Positions 33,436 to 45,326 of a stretch of DNA of 64,000 nucleotides are shown here, piece by piece. The stretch comes from an uncultured Acidobacteriota bacterium. GTDB lineage: Bacteria; Acidobacteriota; Polarisedimenticolia; J045. The notes under the pieces were generated by a model, which was given only the letters and a program-made list of their open reading frames with translations, was not told where the DNA came from and ran no database searches. The stretch is from NCBI GenBank assembly GCA_963702425.1, contig CAVPCQ010000010.1, positions 1 through 64,000 on the forward strand, given 5' to 3'. The first letter of the stretch is position 1, and each line of letters opens with the position of its first letter. A program made the position numbers and the translations under genes.

Positions 33436-34007
33436 TGGCCGACCACTCCGTTCCGGCCGCGTCGGCCGCGCCCGAGGCTCCCGTGTTCTGGGGCTACGCC
33501 GCGGAGTTCGACTCGGTGACAGGGGTCGTGCACGCCGCGGAGAAGTGCCGCGACGAGGGCTTCACGCGCTGGGACGTGCTGACCCCGTTCCCGGTGCACG
33601 GGTTGAACGACGCGATGGGCCTGCGCAACACGCGCCTGCCGTGGTTCGTGTTCGCGATGGGCGCGACCGGCTGCCTGGCCGGGGTCCTGATGCAGTGGTG
33701 GATGAACGCCGTCGACTATCGGCTGATCGTCAGCGGCAAGCCGTTCTGGAGCCTGCCCGCAAACATCCCGGTCGCCTTCGAGCTGACCATCCTCTTCGCG
33801 GCGCTGTCGACCTTCTTCGGGATGTGGTTCTTGAACGGCCTGCCGAGGCACTACCACCCGACCTTCAACAGCCGCCGCCTGAAGCGCGCGACGACCGACC
33901 GCTTCTACGTCGTGGTCGAGGCGACCGACCCGCGCTTCGACCGGGCCCGGACCCGCGAGTTCCTGGAGTCGCTGGGTTCGACGCACGTCGAAGAGCTGGA
34001 GGACTGA
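33435..34007 (+). CDS. actD: Alternative complex III subunit D (DUF3341)
   Basis: AEFDS, TPFPVHGL, VSGKPFWSLPANIPVAFELTILFAA; TGATG coupling. Confidence 0.92.
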
Positions 34008-34011
34008 CCCC

Positions 34012-34656
34012 GTGCCGAGGTGGATCCTCTACACGATCGTGATCCTGGCGGTGGCGTCGCTGCTGCCGTTCGCGTTCATCGCGCGGGCGCGCGGCGCCAA
34101 GGCCGACCGCACCCGCCTGCGTCCGATCCAGAACATGGGCACCCAGCAGAAGTACCTGCCGCAGAGCGAGAACCCGCTGTTTGCCGACACCCGGGCGATG
34201 CGTCCCGCGATCGAGGGGACCGTCAAGCGCGGCGCGCCGATCGATGACGGGGCCTTTTCGACGGGGCGCGGCCCCGACGGGCGGTTCGTCGTCGAGTTTC
34301 CGGTCCCGGTGAACCGCGCGCTGCTGCTGCGCGGGCAGGAGCGCTACAACGTCTACTGCTCGCCCTGCCACGGGCTGTCCGGGTCGGGCGACGGGATCGT
34401 CGCCCGGCGCGCCGACGCGCTGCAGGAAGGGACCTGGGTCCCGCCGCTCAGCTACCACGTCGAACAGGTCCGCGGCCGCCCGGTGGGTCACATCTTCAAC
34501 ACGATCACGAACGGCATCCGCAACATGCCCGCCTACGGCAGCCAGGTGTCCGCCGCGGATCGCTGGGCGATCGTGGCCTACGTCCGCGCGCTGCAGCGCA
34601 GCCAGAACGCAACCGTCGCCGACGTCCCGCCCGACCTGCGCGCGGGCCTGCGCTGA
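34012..34656 (+). CDS. actE: Alternative complex III monoheme cytochrome c subunit
   Basis: RGQERYNVYCSPCHG..G.GDG, MPAYGSQV..DRWAIVAYVRALQ. Confidence 0.9.
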   Translation: MPRWILYTIVILAVASLLPFAFIARARGAKADRTRLRPIQNMGTQQKYLPQSENPLFADTRAMRPAIEGTVKRGAPIDDGAFSTGRGPDGRFVVEFPVPVNRALLLRGQERYNVYCSPCHGLSGSGDGIVARRADALQEGTWVPPLSYHVEQVRGRPVGHIFNTITNGIRNMPAYGSQVSAADRWAIVAYVRALQRSQNATVADVPPDLRAGLR

Positions 34657-34667
34657 GCGGGGGAACG

Positions 34668-35885
34668 ATGAAGCACGCGTACGACCTGTCGAAGGACAAC
34701 GTCCAGTTCGGCGATCTCGGCCGGAAGTGGGGGACGCTCTCGCTCGTCGTGGGCGTCGTCGGCCTCGCCGCCGCGGCCGGGTTGGGGTTCGCCTCGGGTG
34801 ACGGCGGCAAGCGCTTCTTCTGGTCCTACCTCGTGGCCTTCGCCTACTTCCTGGCGCTGGGCCTCGGCGCGCTGGTCTGGGTGATGATCCAGCACATGAC
34901 CCGCTCCGGCTGGAGCGTCCTCCTGCGGCGGATCGCGGAAGGGATCGCCGGAGCGCTGCCGATGATGGCGCTGCTGTTCGTCCCGCTGGTCTTCGGCCTG
35001 GGCCAGGTCTACCACTGGGCCCACCCGGAGGCGGTCGCGCACGATCCGGTGCTGGCGAAGAAGGCGGTCTATCTCAACGTGCCGTTCTTCGTCGCGCGCT
35101 GGGTCGTCTACTTCGCGGTCTGGTGCGGCACCGCCTGGGCGCTCTACCGCGCGAGCAAGGCCCAGGACGCCTCGGGCGACCCGGGTCTGACGCTGCGGAT
35201 GCAGCGGATCTCTTACGCGATGATCGTACCCTTCGCGATCACGCTCACCTTCGCGTCCTTCGACCTGCTGATGTCGCTCGATCCGCACTGGTTCAGCTCG
35301 ATCTTCGGTGTCTACTTCTTCTCCGGCGCGATCTGGCTGTTCTTCGCAGTGCTGCCGATCGTGGTCTGGCGGCTGCAGGCGAACGGCCGGCTCGCCGGCG
35401 CGATCACACCGGACCTCTATCAGGAGATGGGCAAGCTGCTGTTCGCGTTCGGCGTCTTCTGGGCCTACATCGCGTTCTCGCAGTTCATGCTGATCTGGTA
35501 TGCGAACATCCCGGAAGAGACGAGCTGGTACCTCAAGCGCTGGAACGGCGGCTGGCCGCTGATCGGCCTGCTGCTGATCGTGGGCCACTTCCTTGCGCCG
35601 TTCCTCCTGATCATGTCGCGGGCGGCCAAGCGCAACCTCCGGATCCTGATCCCGGTCGCCTTCTGGGCTCTGCTGATGCAGTGGTTCGACTTCTATTACA
35701 TCGCGATGCCGGAGTACGAGCCGGGCAGCGGCAAGGTGCCGTTCTCGCTGCTGGACCTCGCGGCTTTCCTGGGCGTCGGCGGCCTGTTCTTCTGGATGGT
35801 CAGTCGCAACCTGGCCTCGGCGCCGCTGGTCCCGGTGGACGATCCCCGGCTCGCCGAGTCGCTGGTCTTCCAAGAAGGCGTCTGA
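34668..35885 (+). CDS. actF: Alternative complex III membrane subunit F
   Basis: GWSVLLRRIAE, DLLMSLDPHWFSSIFG, YIAFSQFMLIWYANIPEE. Confidence 0.92.
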   Translation: MKHAYDLSKDNVQFGDLGRKWGTLSLVVGVVGLAAAAGLGFASGDGGKRFFWSYLVAFAYFLALGLGALVWVMIQHMTRSGWSVLLRRIAEGIAGALPMMALLFVPLVFGLGQVYHWAHPEAVAHDPVLAKKAVYLNVPFFVARWVVYFAVWCGTAWALYRASKAQDASGDPGLTLRMQRISYAMIVPFAITLTFASFDLLMSLDPHWFSSIFGVYFFSGAIWLFFAVLPIVVWRLQANGRLAGAITPDLYQEMGKLLFAFGVFWAYIAFSQFMLIWYANIPEETSWYLKRWNGGWPLIGLLLIVGHFLAPFLLIMSRAAKRNLRILIPVAFWALLMQWFDFYYIAMPEYEPGSGKVPFSLLDLAAFLGVGGLFFWMVSRNLASAPLVPVDDPRLAESLVFQEGV

Positions 35886-35896
35886 GGAGGACGGCG

Positions 35897-36229
35897 ATGG
35901 CGCGCACGGGCAACGAGGGAGATCCCAAGACCGGCCTGACCGCGACGATCGGGATCGTCGGGTCGCTGATCCTGATCCTGATCGTCGTCGCGCTCCAGGC
36001 GCTGTTCTACCACGTCGAGGACGACATCTACTCGGAGATCTACGCCGAGCCGAACCTCGACGTGAGGATGGTGAAGGCCCAGCAGCTGGAAGTGCTCAAC
36101 AGCTACGGCTGGGTGGACCGGGAGAAGGGCGTGGTGCGCATCCCGATCGACCGGGCGATCGAGATGGTCATCGCCGAGCCGTCCGGCCGCGCCGCGGCGC
36201 CGGGCGAGGGGACCGCGACAACCCCATGA
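35897..36229 (+). CDS. Small single-TM protein, ActG-like
   Basis: One TM; LNSYGWVDREKGVVRIPIDRAIE motif; lies between actF and SCO; GAGGAGG RBS. Confidence 0.75.
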   Translation: MARTGNEGDPKTGLTATIGIVGSLILILIVVALQALFYHVEDDIYSEIYAEPNLDVRMVKAQQLEVLNSYGWVDREKGVVRIPIDRAIEMVIAEPSGRAAAPGEGTATTP

Positions 36230-37092
36230 CCGGACCGAGATCGTTGCTCTGCGTCGTGCTGGCGGCGGCCGGCGTACTGGTCCTGGCCGCGGCCTCGCTT
36301 CCGGACCCGCGGGCGGACAGCGCCCAGCCGCTCCCCGCCGAGCTGGAGGGGGTCGGCGTCACGGAGCGGCTGGAACAGCAGCTGCCGCTCGACCTGCCGT
36401 TCACGGACGACGACGGCCGGCCGGTCAAGCTGGGCAACTACTTCCAGGCCGGGCGGCCGGTGCTGCTCGACATCGGCTACTACCGCTGCCCGATGCTCTG
36501 CAACTTGGTGCTCAACGGTTTCATCGAGGGGCTGCGGGAGGTCCCGAGCTGGGTCCCGGGGGACAACTTCGAGGTCGTGGTGGTCTCGGTCGACCCGCTC
36601 GAGACGGCCAAGCTGGCCAAGCTCAAGAAGCAGAACTACATCCGCGAGTACGGGCGGCCCGAGTCGGCGTCGGGCTGGCACTTCCTGACCGGCAGCGCCG
36701 AGAGCATCGCGGCGCTCACCGACGCGGTCGGCTTCCGCTACCAGTATCTCGAGGATCGCAACGAGTACTCCCACGCCGCGGTCCTGATGGCGCTGACGCC
36801 GGAGGGCAAGGTCGCGCGCTACCTGTACGGGGTCACGTTCGATCCACGGACGATCCGGCTCTCCCTGGCCGAAGCCTCGGAGGGGCGATCGCTCTCCGCG
36901 CTCGACCAGTTGCTGCTCTACTGCTACCGCTACGATCCGAGCTCGAGAAGCTACTCCTTTGCCGCGATCAAGATCATGCGCGCCGGCGGGGTCCTGGCGC
37001 TGATCGTGCTCGGCGCGACCCTGACCTCGCTCTGGATGCGCGAGAGCCGCCGCCGCCGGGCTGCGACCGTCACCGCGGAAGGCCACCCATGA
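36226..37092 (+). CDS. SCO1/SenC family copper chaperone
   Basis: YYRCPMLC (CxxxC), WHFLTG, YSHAA. Confidence 0.9.
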   Translation: MTGPRSLLCVVLAAAGVLVLAAASLPDPRADSAQPLPAELEGVGVTERLEQQLPLDLPFTDDDGRPVKLGNYFQAGRPVLLDIGYYRCPMLCNLVLNGFIEGLREVPSWVPGDNFEVVVVSVDPLETAKLAKLKKQNYIREYGRPESASGWHFLTGSAESIAALTDAVGFRYQYLEDRNEYSHAAVLMALTPEGKVARYLYGVTFDPRTIRLSLAEASEGRSLSALDQLLLYCYRYDPSSRSYSFAAIKIMRAGGVLALIVLGATLTSLWMRESRRRRAATVTAEGHP

Positions 37093-38078
37093 CCGGACTG
37101 CTCGCCGTGCTCGCTCCGCTCGCCAGCGCCAACCCGCCCACCACCACCTCCGGCGACTTCTGGATGCCGGTGCGGGGATCCGCCAACGCAGCGGCCGTGG
37201 ACTGGCTGTTCTACTTCATCTACTACATCTCGCTGTTCTTCTTCGCCCTGATCATCGGCCTGATGGCGTACTTCATCTTCAAGTACCGTCAGCGCTCGCC
37301 CGACCAGCTCGGAGAGGGGCCGACGCACAATACTCCGCTCGAGATCGTCTGGACCGTCATCCCGCTGGTGCTCGTCATCGCGATCTTCTGGATCGGCTTC
37401 ACGGGCTACATGAAGGGCGCGATCGCGCCCGACAACGCCTACGAGATCCAGGTCGTCGGACAGAAGTGGAAGTGGATGTTCGGCTACCCGAACGGCTACA
37501 TCGACGAAAACCTGCACGTCCCGGTCGACACGCCGGTGCGCCTGGTGATCACCTCGGACGACGTGATCCACAGCCTCTTCATCCCGGCCTTCCGCCTGAA
37601 GAAGGACGCGGTGCCGGGCCGCTACACGAAGATGTGGTTCCGGGCGACCCAGACCGGCGAGTTCCAGATCTTCTGCGCCGAGTACTGCGGCACCAGCCAT
37701 TCCGACATGCTGGCCAGGACGATCGTCCACCCCCCCGGCGAGTTCGAGAAGTGGCTGGAGAACGCCTCCAACTTCCTCGACAAGATGTCGCCCGCCGAGG
37801 CCGGCGAGAAGCTGTTCAAGCAGCGCGGCTGTACCCAGTGCCACTCGATCGACGGTTCGCGGGTCATCGGCCCGACGCTGAAGGGCGTCTTCGGTCACGA
37901 CGTGGTGCTGTCCACCGGCCAGAAGGTGGTCGCCGACGAGGACTACCTGCGGAACTCGATCCTCAACCCGCAGGCCCAGGTCGTCGCCGGTTTCGACCCG
38001 GTCATGCCGACCTACCAGGGACGACTCAAGGACCGCGAGATCTCCGCGGTCATCGAATACATCAAGACGCTGAAGTAG
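37089..38078 (+). CDS. coxB: Cytochrome c oxidase subunit II with fused cytochrome c (caa3)
   Basis: [23 protein letters not shown] CuA motif; C-terminal CTQCH. Confidence 0.95.
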   Translation: MTGLLAVLAPLASANPPTTTSGDFWMPVRGSANAAAVDWLFYFIYYISLFFFALIIGLMAYFIFKYRQRSPDQLGEGPTHNTPLEIVWTVIPLVLVIAIFWIGFTGYMKGAIAPDNAYEIQVVGQKWKWMFGYPNGYIDENLHVPVDTPVRLVITSDDVIHSLFIPAFRLKKDAVPGRYTKMWFRATQTGEFQIFCAEYCGTSHSDMLARTIVHPPGEFEKWLENASNFLDKMSPAEAGEKLFKQRGCTQCHSIDGSRVIGPTLKGVFGHDVVLSTGQKVVADEDYLRNSILNPQAQVVAGFDPVMPTYQGRLKDREISAVIEYIKTLK

Positions 38079-38094
38079 GAAGAGGGGCGACACC

Positions 38095-39759
38095 ATGGCG
38101 ACGATCGACCACACGATGCCCGGAGTGGCCCGGCCCGGGCCGACGGAGCCGGCGAACTACCTGAACGCCAGCCACGGCCTGCTGTCGTGGGTCACGACGC
38201 TCGACCACAAGCGGATCGGCGTGCTCTACCTGATCTCCACCCTGACCGCGTTCTTCCTCGGGGGGGTCTTCGCCCTGCTGGTCCGGACCGAACTGCTGAC
38301 GCCCACGCAGACGATCATGGGCCCCGACACCTACAACAAGATGTTCACGCTGCACGGCGCGGTGATGGTCTTCCTGTTCATCATCCCCTCGATCCCCGGG
38401 GCGCTCGGCAACTTCGTGCTGCCGATCATGCTGGGCGCCAAGGACGTTGCCTTTCCGCGGCTGAACCTCCTGAGCTGGTACCTCTACATCATCGGCGCGC
38501 TCTGGGCCGTGGCCTCGATCATCATGGGCGGCGTCGACACCGGCTGGACCTTCTACACGCCCTACAGCACGACCACCAACACCGCCGTCATCTCGATGAC
38601 CTTCGGGGTGTTCATCCTGGGCTTCAGTTCGATCCTCACCGGCGTCAACTTCATCACGACGATCCACAAGCTGCGGCCGGTCGAGATGGGCTGGTTCAAG
38701 ATGCCGCTCATGCTGTGGGCGCTGTACTCGACCGCGGTGATCCAGGTCCTCGCCACGCCGGTACTCGGCGTCACGATGCTGCTCCTGATCGCCGAGCGCG
38801 CGCTGGGGATCGGGATCTTCGACCCCGCCCTGGGCGGCGACCCGATCCTCTACCAGCATTTCTTCTGGTTCTACTCCCATCCGGCCGTCTACATCATGAT
38901 CCTGCCGGCGATGGGGATCATCTCGGAGATCATTCCGGTCTTCTCCCGCAAGCACATTTTCGGCTACCGGTTCATCGCCTACTCTTCGGTGGCGATCGCG
39001 ATCTTCGGCTTCCTGGTCTGGGCGCACCACATGTTCACCTCCGGGATGTCGCCGATGGCGACGATGATCTTCTCGGCGCTGACCTTCAGCGTCGCGATCC
39101 CGTCGGCGGTCAAGGTCTTCAACTGGCTCGCGACGATGTACCGCGGCTCGATCGAGTTGAAGACGCCGATGCTGTGGGCGCTGGGGTTCATCTTCGTGTT
39201 CGGGATCGGCGGGCTGACGGGGCTCTTCCTCGGCGCCCTGACGACCGACGTCCATCTGCACGACACGTACTTCATCGTCGCCCACTTCCACTACGTGATG
39301 ATGGGGGGGTCGGTTTTCGCGCTGATCGGCGGCCTGTTCTTCTGGTGGCCGAAGATGTTCGGGCGGATGGTCGACGAGCGCTGGGGGCAGATCGGCTTCT
39401 GGCTGTCCTTCGTGGGGTTCAACGTCACCTTCTTCACCCAGTTCGTGCTGGGCAGCCGCGGGATGCCGCGGCGCTACTACAACTACCTGCCGGAGTTCCA
39501 GCTGCTGCACCAGCTCTCCTCGATCGGTTCGTACGTGCTGGGCCTGGGGCTGCTGATCGCGGCGATCGCGCTGCTGCACGCGCTCTTCGCCGGTCGCCGC
39601 GCGCCGGACAACCCGTGGGGCGCGGGCTCGCTCGAGTGGTTCACCAGCTCGCCGCCGCCGACGGACAACTTCTCGGTCGAGCCGGTGGTTCGCGACCCCT
39701 ACGACTACACCGACCTGGCCTGGGACCGGACCATCCAGGGCTACGTGAAGAAGGGCTGA
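38095..39759 (+). CDS. coxA: Cytochrome c oxidase subunit I, A2-type
   Basis: [16 protein letters not shown] (YS motif of A2 oxidases), WAHHMF, VAHFHY, GMPRRY. Confidence 0.97.
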   Translation: MATIDHTMPGVARPGPTEPANYLNASHGLLSWVTTLDHKRIGVLYLISTLTAFFLGGVFALLVRTELLTPTQTIMGPDTYNKMFTLHGAVMVFLFIIPSIPGALGNFVLPIMLGAKDVAFPRLNLLSWYLYIIGALWAVASIIMGGVDTGWTFYTPYSTTTNTAVISMTFGVFILGFSSILTGVNFITTIHKLRPVEMGWFKMPLMLWALYSTAVIQVLATPVLGVTMLLLIAERALGIGIFDPALGGDPILYQHFFWFYSHPAVYIMILPAMGIISEIIPVFSRKHIFGYRFIAYSSVAIAIFGFLVWAHHMFTSGMSPMATMIFSALTFSVAIPSAVKVFNWLATMYRGSIELKTPMLWALGFIFVFGIGGLTGLFLGALTTDVHLHDTYFIVAHFHYVMMGGSVFALIGGLFFWWPKMFGRMVDERWGQIGFWLSFVGFNVTFFTQFVLGSRGMPRRYYNYLPEFQLLHQLSSIGSYVLGLGLLIAAIALLHALFAGRRAPDNPWGAGSLEWFTSSPPPTDNFSVEPVVRDPYDYTDLAWDRTIQGYVKKG

Positions 39760-39763
39760 CGCG

Positions 39764-40739
39764 ATGAGCCACGCCGCCGACGCGCACGATCAACACGCGC
39801 ACCCGCCCAACCTCGCCCACCACTTCGAGTCGCCCGAGCAGCAGGTGGCGTCGGGCAAGCTGGGGATGTGGATCTTCCTGGCGACCGAGATCCTGCTGTT
39901 CGGCGGGCTGTTCTGCGCCTACGCGATCTACCGCTCCCTGCACCCCGAGATCTTCGACTACGCGCACCTCTACCTGAGCAAGGAACTGGGCGGGATCAAC
40001 ACGATCGTGCTCCTGACGTCGTCGCTGACGATGGCGTGGGGGGTTCGTGCGGCGCAGCTAGGGCAGCGCAGGATCCTGGTCTGGATGCTCAGCCTGACGC
40101 TCGTCTTCGCGGTCACCTTCCTCGGGATCAAGTACGTCGAGTACAAAGCCAAATGGGAGGAGGGGCTGCTCCCCGGGAAGCGCTTCGCCCCGACCGCCCC
40201 GCCGCACACCAACCACGGCACGGCGGCCGAGCCGGGCCACCACGACCTGCAGGAGAAGGTGCTTCCGATGATGCCGGGGGCCATCGTCGCCCCGCCCGTC
40301 GCCGCCCCGACGACGGCGGCACCCGCGCCGAACGGGACGTCGCCGGGCCTGGTGCCCGTGGCTCCCGTTCCACAGGGAGCGGCGCCGGCCGCCGCCGCTG
40401 TCCCCGGACCGAAACCCGGCGACGAAAGCTCGCTGATCAAGCCGGCGGCCGTCGGCCCGCCGGGCCTGTCCGCCGGGGTCGTCGAGCCGCTCGGCACGGC
40501 GAAGAGACGCGGTGCCCAAGAACGTCCAGATCTTCTTCGGCATCTACTTCATGATGACCGGCCTGCACGCGGTGCACGTGATCGCCGGGATGGGGATCAT
40601 CGGCTGGCTGCTGAAGCGCTCGTTGCGCGGCGATTTCAGCCCGCAGTATTTCGCGCCGGTCGACCTGGGGGGCCTCTACTGGCACCTCGTCGACCTGATC
40701 TGGATCTTCCTCTTCCCGCTGATGTACCTGATCCACTGA
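39764..40739 (+). CDS. coxC: Cytochrome c oxidase subunit III with long Pro/Ala insertion (frameshift near 40505)
   Basis: [26 protein letters not shown]; continues [36 protein letters not shown]. Confidence 0.9.
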
Positions 40740-40752
40740 GTCGGAGACGACG

Positions 40753-41115
40753 ATGCACACCAAGGGCCACCACGCGCACGGCGGCGAGTCGATCGGCGGC
40801 GTTCACGTCATGCCGGTCTCGGTGCTGGTCGGGATCTGGGTCGTGCTGATCGTCCTGACGGTCGTCACGGTGGGTGTGACCTTCTTCGACCTGGGGCCGT
40901 TCAACCTCGCGGTCGCGCTCGGCGTGGCGCTGGTCAAGGCCTCGCTGGTCGCGCTCTTCTACATGCACCTCAAGTACGACCACCCGTTCAACGGGTTCAT
41001 CCTGGTCGTGTCCTTCGCCTTCGTCGCGCTGTTCATCGGGATCACACTGCTGGACGCCAAGCAGTACCAGCCGGACATGATCCCGGGCTACGCGCCCGGG
41101 ATGCAGAAGAAGTAG
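40753..41115 (+). CDS. Cytochrome c oxidase subunit IV family protein
   Basis: Three TMs; VKASLVALFYMHLKYD. Confidence 0.88.
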   Translation: MHTKGHHAHGGESIGGVHVMPVSVLVGIWVVLIVLTVVTVGVTFFDLGPFNLAVALGVALVKASLVALFYMHLKYDHPFNGFILVVSFAFVALFIGITLLDAKQYQPDMIPGYAPGMQKK

Positions 41116-41119
41116 CGCG

Positions 41120-41724
41120 TTGGCCGCCGCGACGCCGGGCGGCGGCATCGACCGCCGGGCCACGCGGGAATCTCCCGCGCCCCCGGAAGCGGGGCGCTGG
41201 CGCTGAACCTCTTTCTGATGGCGCTCGGGATGTTCTTCGCGGCGAGCGTCGTCGGCTTCCTGCTGATCCGCGCGCGGCAGCCGGAGTGGCCGCCTGCCGG
41301 CTCGCCGCCTCTGCCCGGCGGCCTCTGGCTGGCGACGGCCGTGCTGGTCGCCGGGAGCGTCGCGGCCCAGCTTGGCCTGGGTGCGATCCGGAAGGGGAGC
41401 CAGCGGGGGCTCCGGATCGGCGTCACGGCGACCCTCGCGCTGACGATCCTGTTCCTGGCGGTACAGGCGATGAACTGGAGCGAGCTGGCAAGCGAGGGGC
41501 TCACCCCGGGCCGGAACCTCTTCGGTTTCGCGTTCTACATGCTGACCGGCCTGCACGCCGCACACGTGGTCGGGGGCCTCGTGGTACTCGTGCTCGTGGG
41601 GTCGAAGGCGTTTCGCGGCGGCTACTCGGCGGGATATCATCCCGGGGTGCGTTCGGCGGCGGTCTACACCCACTTCCTGACCGCAGTCTGGATCGTCATG
41701 TTCGGGATCGTGTTCCTGACCTGA
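41120..41724 (+). CDS. Second heme-copper oxidase subunit III-like protein (start uncertain, probable 5' frameshift)
   Basis: FYMLTGLHAAHVVGG, YTHFLTAVW; hydrophobic GALALNLFL lies in frame upstream of ATG 41218; TTG 41120 is out of frame. Confidence 0.75.
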
Positions 41725-41731
41725 GGCGCCG

Positions 41732-43277
41732 ATGTCCCTGCCCAGCATCATCGTGACCGGCGCGTCCGGATTCGTCGGACGGTTCCTGCTCGAGTCGCTC
41801 AAGGAAGAATTCCAGATCTACGGGATCGCGCGCCGCTCCCAGGCGCGCTCCGGCGCCCCGGTCCATCCCAACATCAAGTGGTACCAGGTGGACATCGGGG
41901 ACGTCGCCCCGCTGCGCGCCGTGTTCCACCGGATCCGAGACAAGGGGGGCGCTGACACGGTCATCCACCTCGCCGCCCACTACGACTTCACCGGCGAGGA
42001 GCACCCGGAATACGTCCGCACCAACATCGAGGGTCACCGCAACCTGCTCGAGTGCTGCAGGGAAGCCCGGATCCGGCACCTCGTCTTCTCCAGTTCGGTC
42101 GCGGCGAGCAGGCTCCCGCCGCGCGGCGAGGTCCTGGACGAGACGAGCGCGCCCGACGGCGAGCACATCTACGCCCGGACCAAGCGGATCGGCGAGGAGA
42201 TGCTCGAGCAGTACCGCCACGAGTTCAAGTCGGTCATCGTCCGCTTCGCGGCGATGTTCTCCGGCTGGTGCGAGTACCCGCCGCTGTTCATGTTCCTCAA
42301 GACCTGGCTCTCCGACGCGTGGAACGCTCGCGTGCTGGGCGGGCGCGGGGAGACGTCGATCCCGTTCCTGCACGTGCGCGACGCGGTCTTCCTGCTGCGG
42401 CGGGTGATCGACCGGCTGCCCGAGTTCGAACAGGGAGAGGTCCTCGTGGCCAGCCCCGACGGGGCGACCTCGCACGCCGACCTGTTCCGTGCCGCCACCC
42501 GCGCGTACTTCGGCAAGGCCCGGACGCCGATCTTCATGCCGAAGCTCCTGTGTGGCCCCGGGATGTGGGTGATGGACGGCGTCGGGCGCCTCACCGGCGA
42601 GCGACCGTTCGAGCGGCCGTGGATGGCGCGCTACATCGACACCGAGATGACGATCGACTCGTCCCGGACCCGGCTGCGCCTCGGCTGGGAACCGCGCCAG
42701 CGGCTGTCGATCGTGACCCGCATGCCGTTCCTGATCGAGAACCTCAAGACCGATCCGGTCGAGTGGAACCGGCGCAACCGCGCGGCGATGAAGCAGGTCG
42801 AGGTGCGCGACAACCTCCGGATCTACTGGCTGCTGGTCAAGCACGGCGCGGAGATCCAGCGCGAGTTCTTCGACCGGATCTACGGGCCCGACGGGCAGGC
42901 GCGCTTTCCCGAGCTACCAGCACCTCGACACCGAAGAGCACCGCTGGGCGCTCCAGATGCTGCTGCGGCAGGTGCTCTCGGCGATTCGCACCGGGGACCG
43001 CTCGATCATCGCCGACTATTGCCGCGACCTCGCCGAGCGGCGCTACCACGAGGGGTTCAGCGTCGACGAGGTCTGCGGCGCGCTGCAGATGCTCAACCAG
43101 ATCGCGCTCAAGCAGCTGCGCAGGGAGAAGGAGACGGAGGGGATGTTCCGGCAGCTCCGCGAGCAGATCACGATGCCGCTGCGCTGGGGCTGCGACCAGG
43201 CGCAGGACCGCTTCGAGCAGCTCGAGGAGGGGCGCGTCCGGCGCGGCGAGCCGCGGCCGATGGTGCGGACCGACTAG
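41732..43277 (+). CDS. NAD-dependent epimerase/dehydratase (extended SDR) with extra helical C-terminal domain (frameshift near 42910)
   Basis: VTGASGFVG, VIHLAA, FSSS, YARTK; continues as YQHLDTEEHRWALQMLL..RRYHEGFSVDEV in the 42957..43277 frame. Confidence 0.8.
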
Positions 43278-43286
43278 CCCGATGCG

Positions 43287-43976
43287 CTATCCTTCCGGCA
43301 ACAGGTCCCGTCCGGGCCCCTTCGTCCCCACCAGGTGCAGCAGCGCGGCGAGCTGCCCGAGCAGGATGTCGATCCGCTCCGCGGGGCTGCGGCTGGCCAG
43401 GAACCGGTAGCGCTCGTCGGACTCGGACAGCAGCACGCTCCCGAGACTGAACAGCCAGCGCTCCTCGTCGGCGTGATCGGCGGCGAGCCGCGCCAGCTCC
43501 TGCGCCGGCGGGCCGATCATCTTCGCCAGCGTCAGCGTCGACTGGGCGAGCGCGTCCACTCCGGCGGCCTGCGCAGCGCGATCCCCGGCCCGCGCCGGAT
43601 CGTCCGTGTAGGGCTGCGGGCGCGCGAGGCGGTAGGGATGCGGCGACGGCAGCTCCTCCAGATGGACCCGCCGAATCCCCTGCACGACGATCTGGAACTC
43701 CCCGCCGGGCAGCGGCGCGCAGTGGACGACCTGCCCGAGCGTCGCGATCGGGTCGAACGCCGGAGCCCCCTCGTACTCCTCCGGCTGCCAGCCGGGCGTG
43801 AGACGGGGGATCGCGAGGAAGCGCTCGGCGGACGGGCACTTCAGCAGGTCGCGCACCAGCGCCCGGTAGCGCGGCTCGAAGATCCGGTAGGGAGCCGGTA
43901 CCCCGGGCAGAAAGACGTGCTCGGGGAGCGGAAAGAGCGGCACGCGCTCGGGGAGGTCCGGGTCGCCGGGGAGCAT
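43287..43976 (-). CDS. LON peptidase N-terminal (substrate-binding) domain protein
   Basis: LPERVPLFPLPEHVFLPG..RIFEPRYRALVRD, VVQGIRR. Confidence 0.85.
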   Translation of the reverse strand: MLPGDPDLPERVPLFPLPEHVFLPGVPAPYRIFEPRYRALVRDLLKCPSAERFLAIPRLTPGWQPEEYEGAPAFDPIATLGQVVHCAPLPGGEFQIVVQGIRRVHLEELPSPHPYRLARPQPYTDDPARAGDRAAQAAGVDALAQSTLTLAKMIGPPAQELARLAADHADEERWLFSLGSVLLSESDERYRFLASRSPAERIDILLGQLAALLHLVGTKGPGRDLLPEG

Positions 43977-43984
43977 CGGCCCGA

Positions 43985-45198
43985 TTATCCCGGCTCCCCG
44001 AGGATCTCCGCCAACGCATCCGCCAGCCGCTCGAAGTCGGGGAGCGCGTTGTAGAGCGCGGCCGAGATCCGGACCAGCATCCCGCCGGGCGCGCTCGACC
44101 ACGGGAAGATCTTGCTCTCGATCCGGAAGCGCTCGAAGAGCAGGTCCTCCAGCGCGTCCGCCGAAAGGCCGTGCGCAGCCGCCCCCCGGGCGGGTGCGGG
44201 AAGCGGCAGCGACGCCATCGCGGCGACGGTTTCGGGAGGGCAGGGGAGCGCGACCCCCAGCCGGCGGGCGAGCAGGTCGCGCGCGGCCAGCGCCAGCGCG
44301 CGCTGGCGCGCAACGATCGCCGGCCAGCCGCCGGGCACCTCCTCGTCGAGCACCCGGATCGCTTCCGGAACGGCCAGCCACGCGGTCGGGTCGGCGGTCC
44401 CGGTCCAGTCGAACTCCAGCCGGAAGCGCGAGCGCCCGGGGCGCGACGCACCGTGACCGAGGCTGACCACCAGCGGCGAGATCCCCTCGCGCCGGTCCGC
44501 GCGGACCCAGAGCGCGGCCGCACCCTTCGGCGCGCAGAGCCACTTGTGCGCGTTGAAGGTGGTGTAGGCGGCGCCGATCGCCTCGAGCGCGAGCGGCACC
44601 ATCCCCGGCGCGTGCGCGGCGTCGACCAGCGCGTCGACCCCGCGCGCGTCGAGTTCGCGCACGAGCCGCGCGAGCGGCACGACGAGCGCGGTCGGGGCCG
44701 TGACGTGGTCGATCAGCGCCAGCCGGGTGCGCGGCGTGACGGCGGCGAGGACCGGGGCCAGCGAGGTCGTCCCCCGCCGCCATCGGGAACGGGACGCGCG
44801 CGACGACGACCCGCGCGCCGGACCGCGCCGCCCAGGCTTCCAGCGCGTTGCGGCACGCGGGATAGGCGTGGTCGGTGGTCAGCAGCTCGTCGCCCGGCGC
44901 GAGCCGCAGTGACGCCAGGACCGTGTTGACCCCGGTCGTCGCGTTGGCGACGAACGCAAGTCCCTCCGGGTCGCCCCCCGCAAACGCGCCGAGCGCGGTC
45001 GCGCGCCGCGTCGAGCAGCGGCTCGAGCTCGCGCGCGAGGAAACGGAACGGCTCGCGCTCGAGCCGGTCCCGGAGCCGCCCCTGGAAGTCGAGCACCGGC
45101 CGCGGGCAGGCGCCGAACGAGCCGTGGTTGAGGTAGAGGACCGCCGGATCGAGGCTCCAGAGGTCGCGGCGGACGGGGACGTCGAGCGGCAGGTCCAT
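43985..45198 (-). CDS. Class V PLP-dependent enzyme (isopenicillin-N epimerase/EgtE-like), frameshifted
   Basis: YLNHGSFGACP, FVANATTGVNTVL, TTDHAY, VDAAHAPG, NAHKWLCAPKG (PLP Lys), RISAALYN spread over three frames. Confidence 0.85.
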
Positions 45199-45326
45199 CG
45201 GCCGCATCTTGCACGGCGCCGGCCGGGAACAAAAGCCATCCCCGGTGGTCCAACAGCTGGAGGACCGGGGCGGGAGCGCCTCGCGCCGGCCCCACAAGCG
45301 CCGCAGGTCGTGGCATTCTCCCGGGG

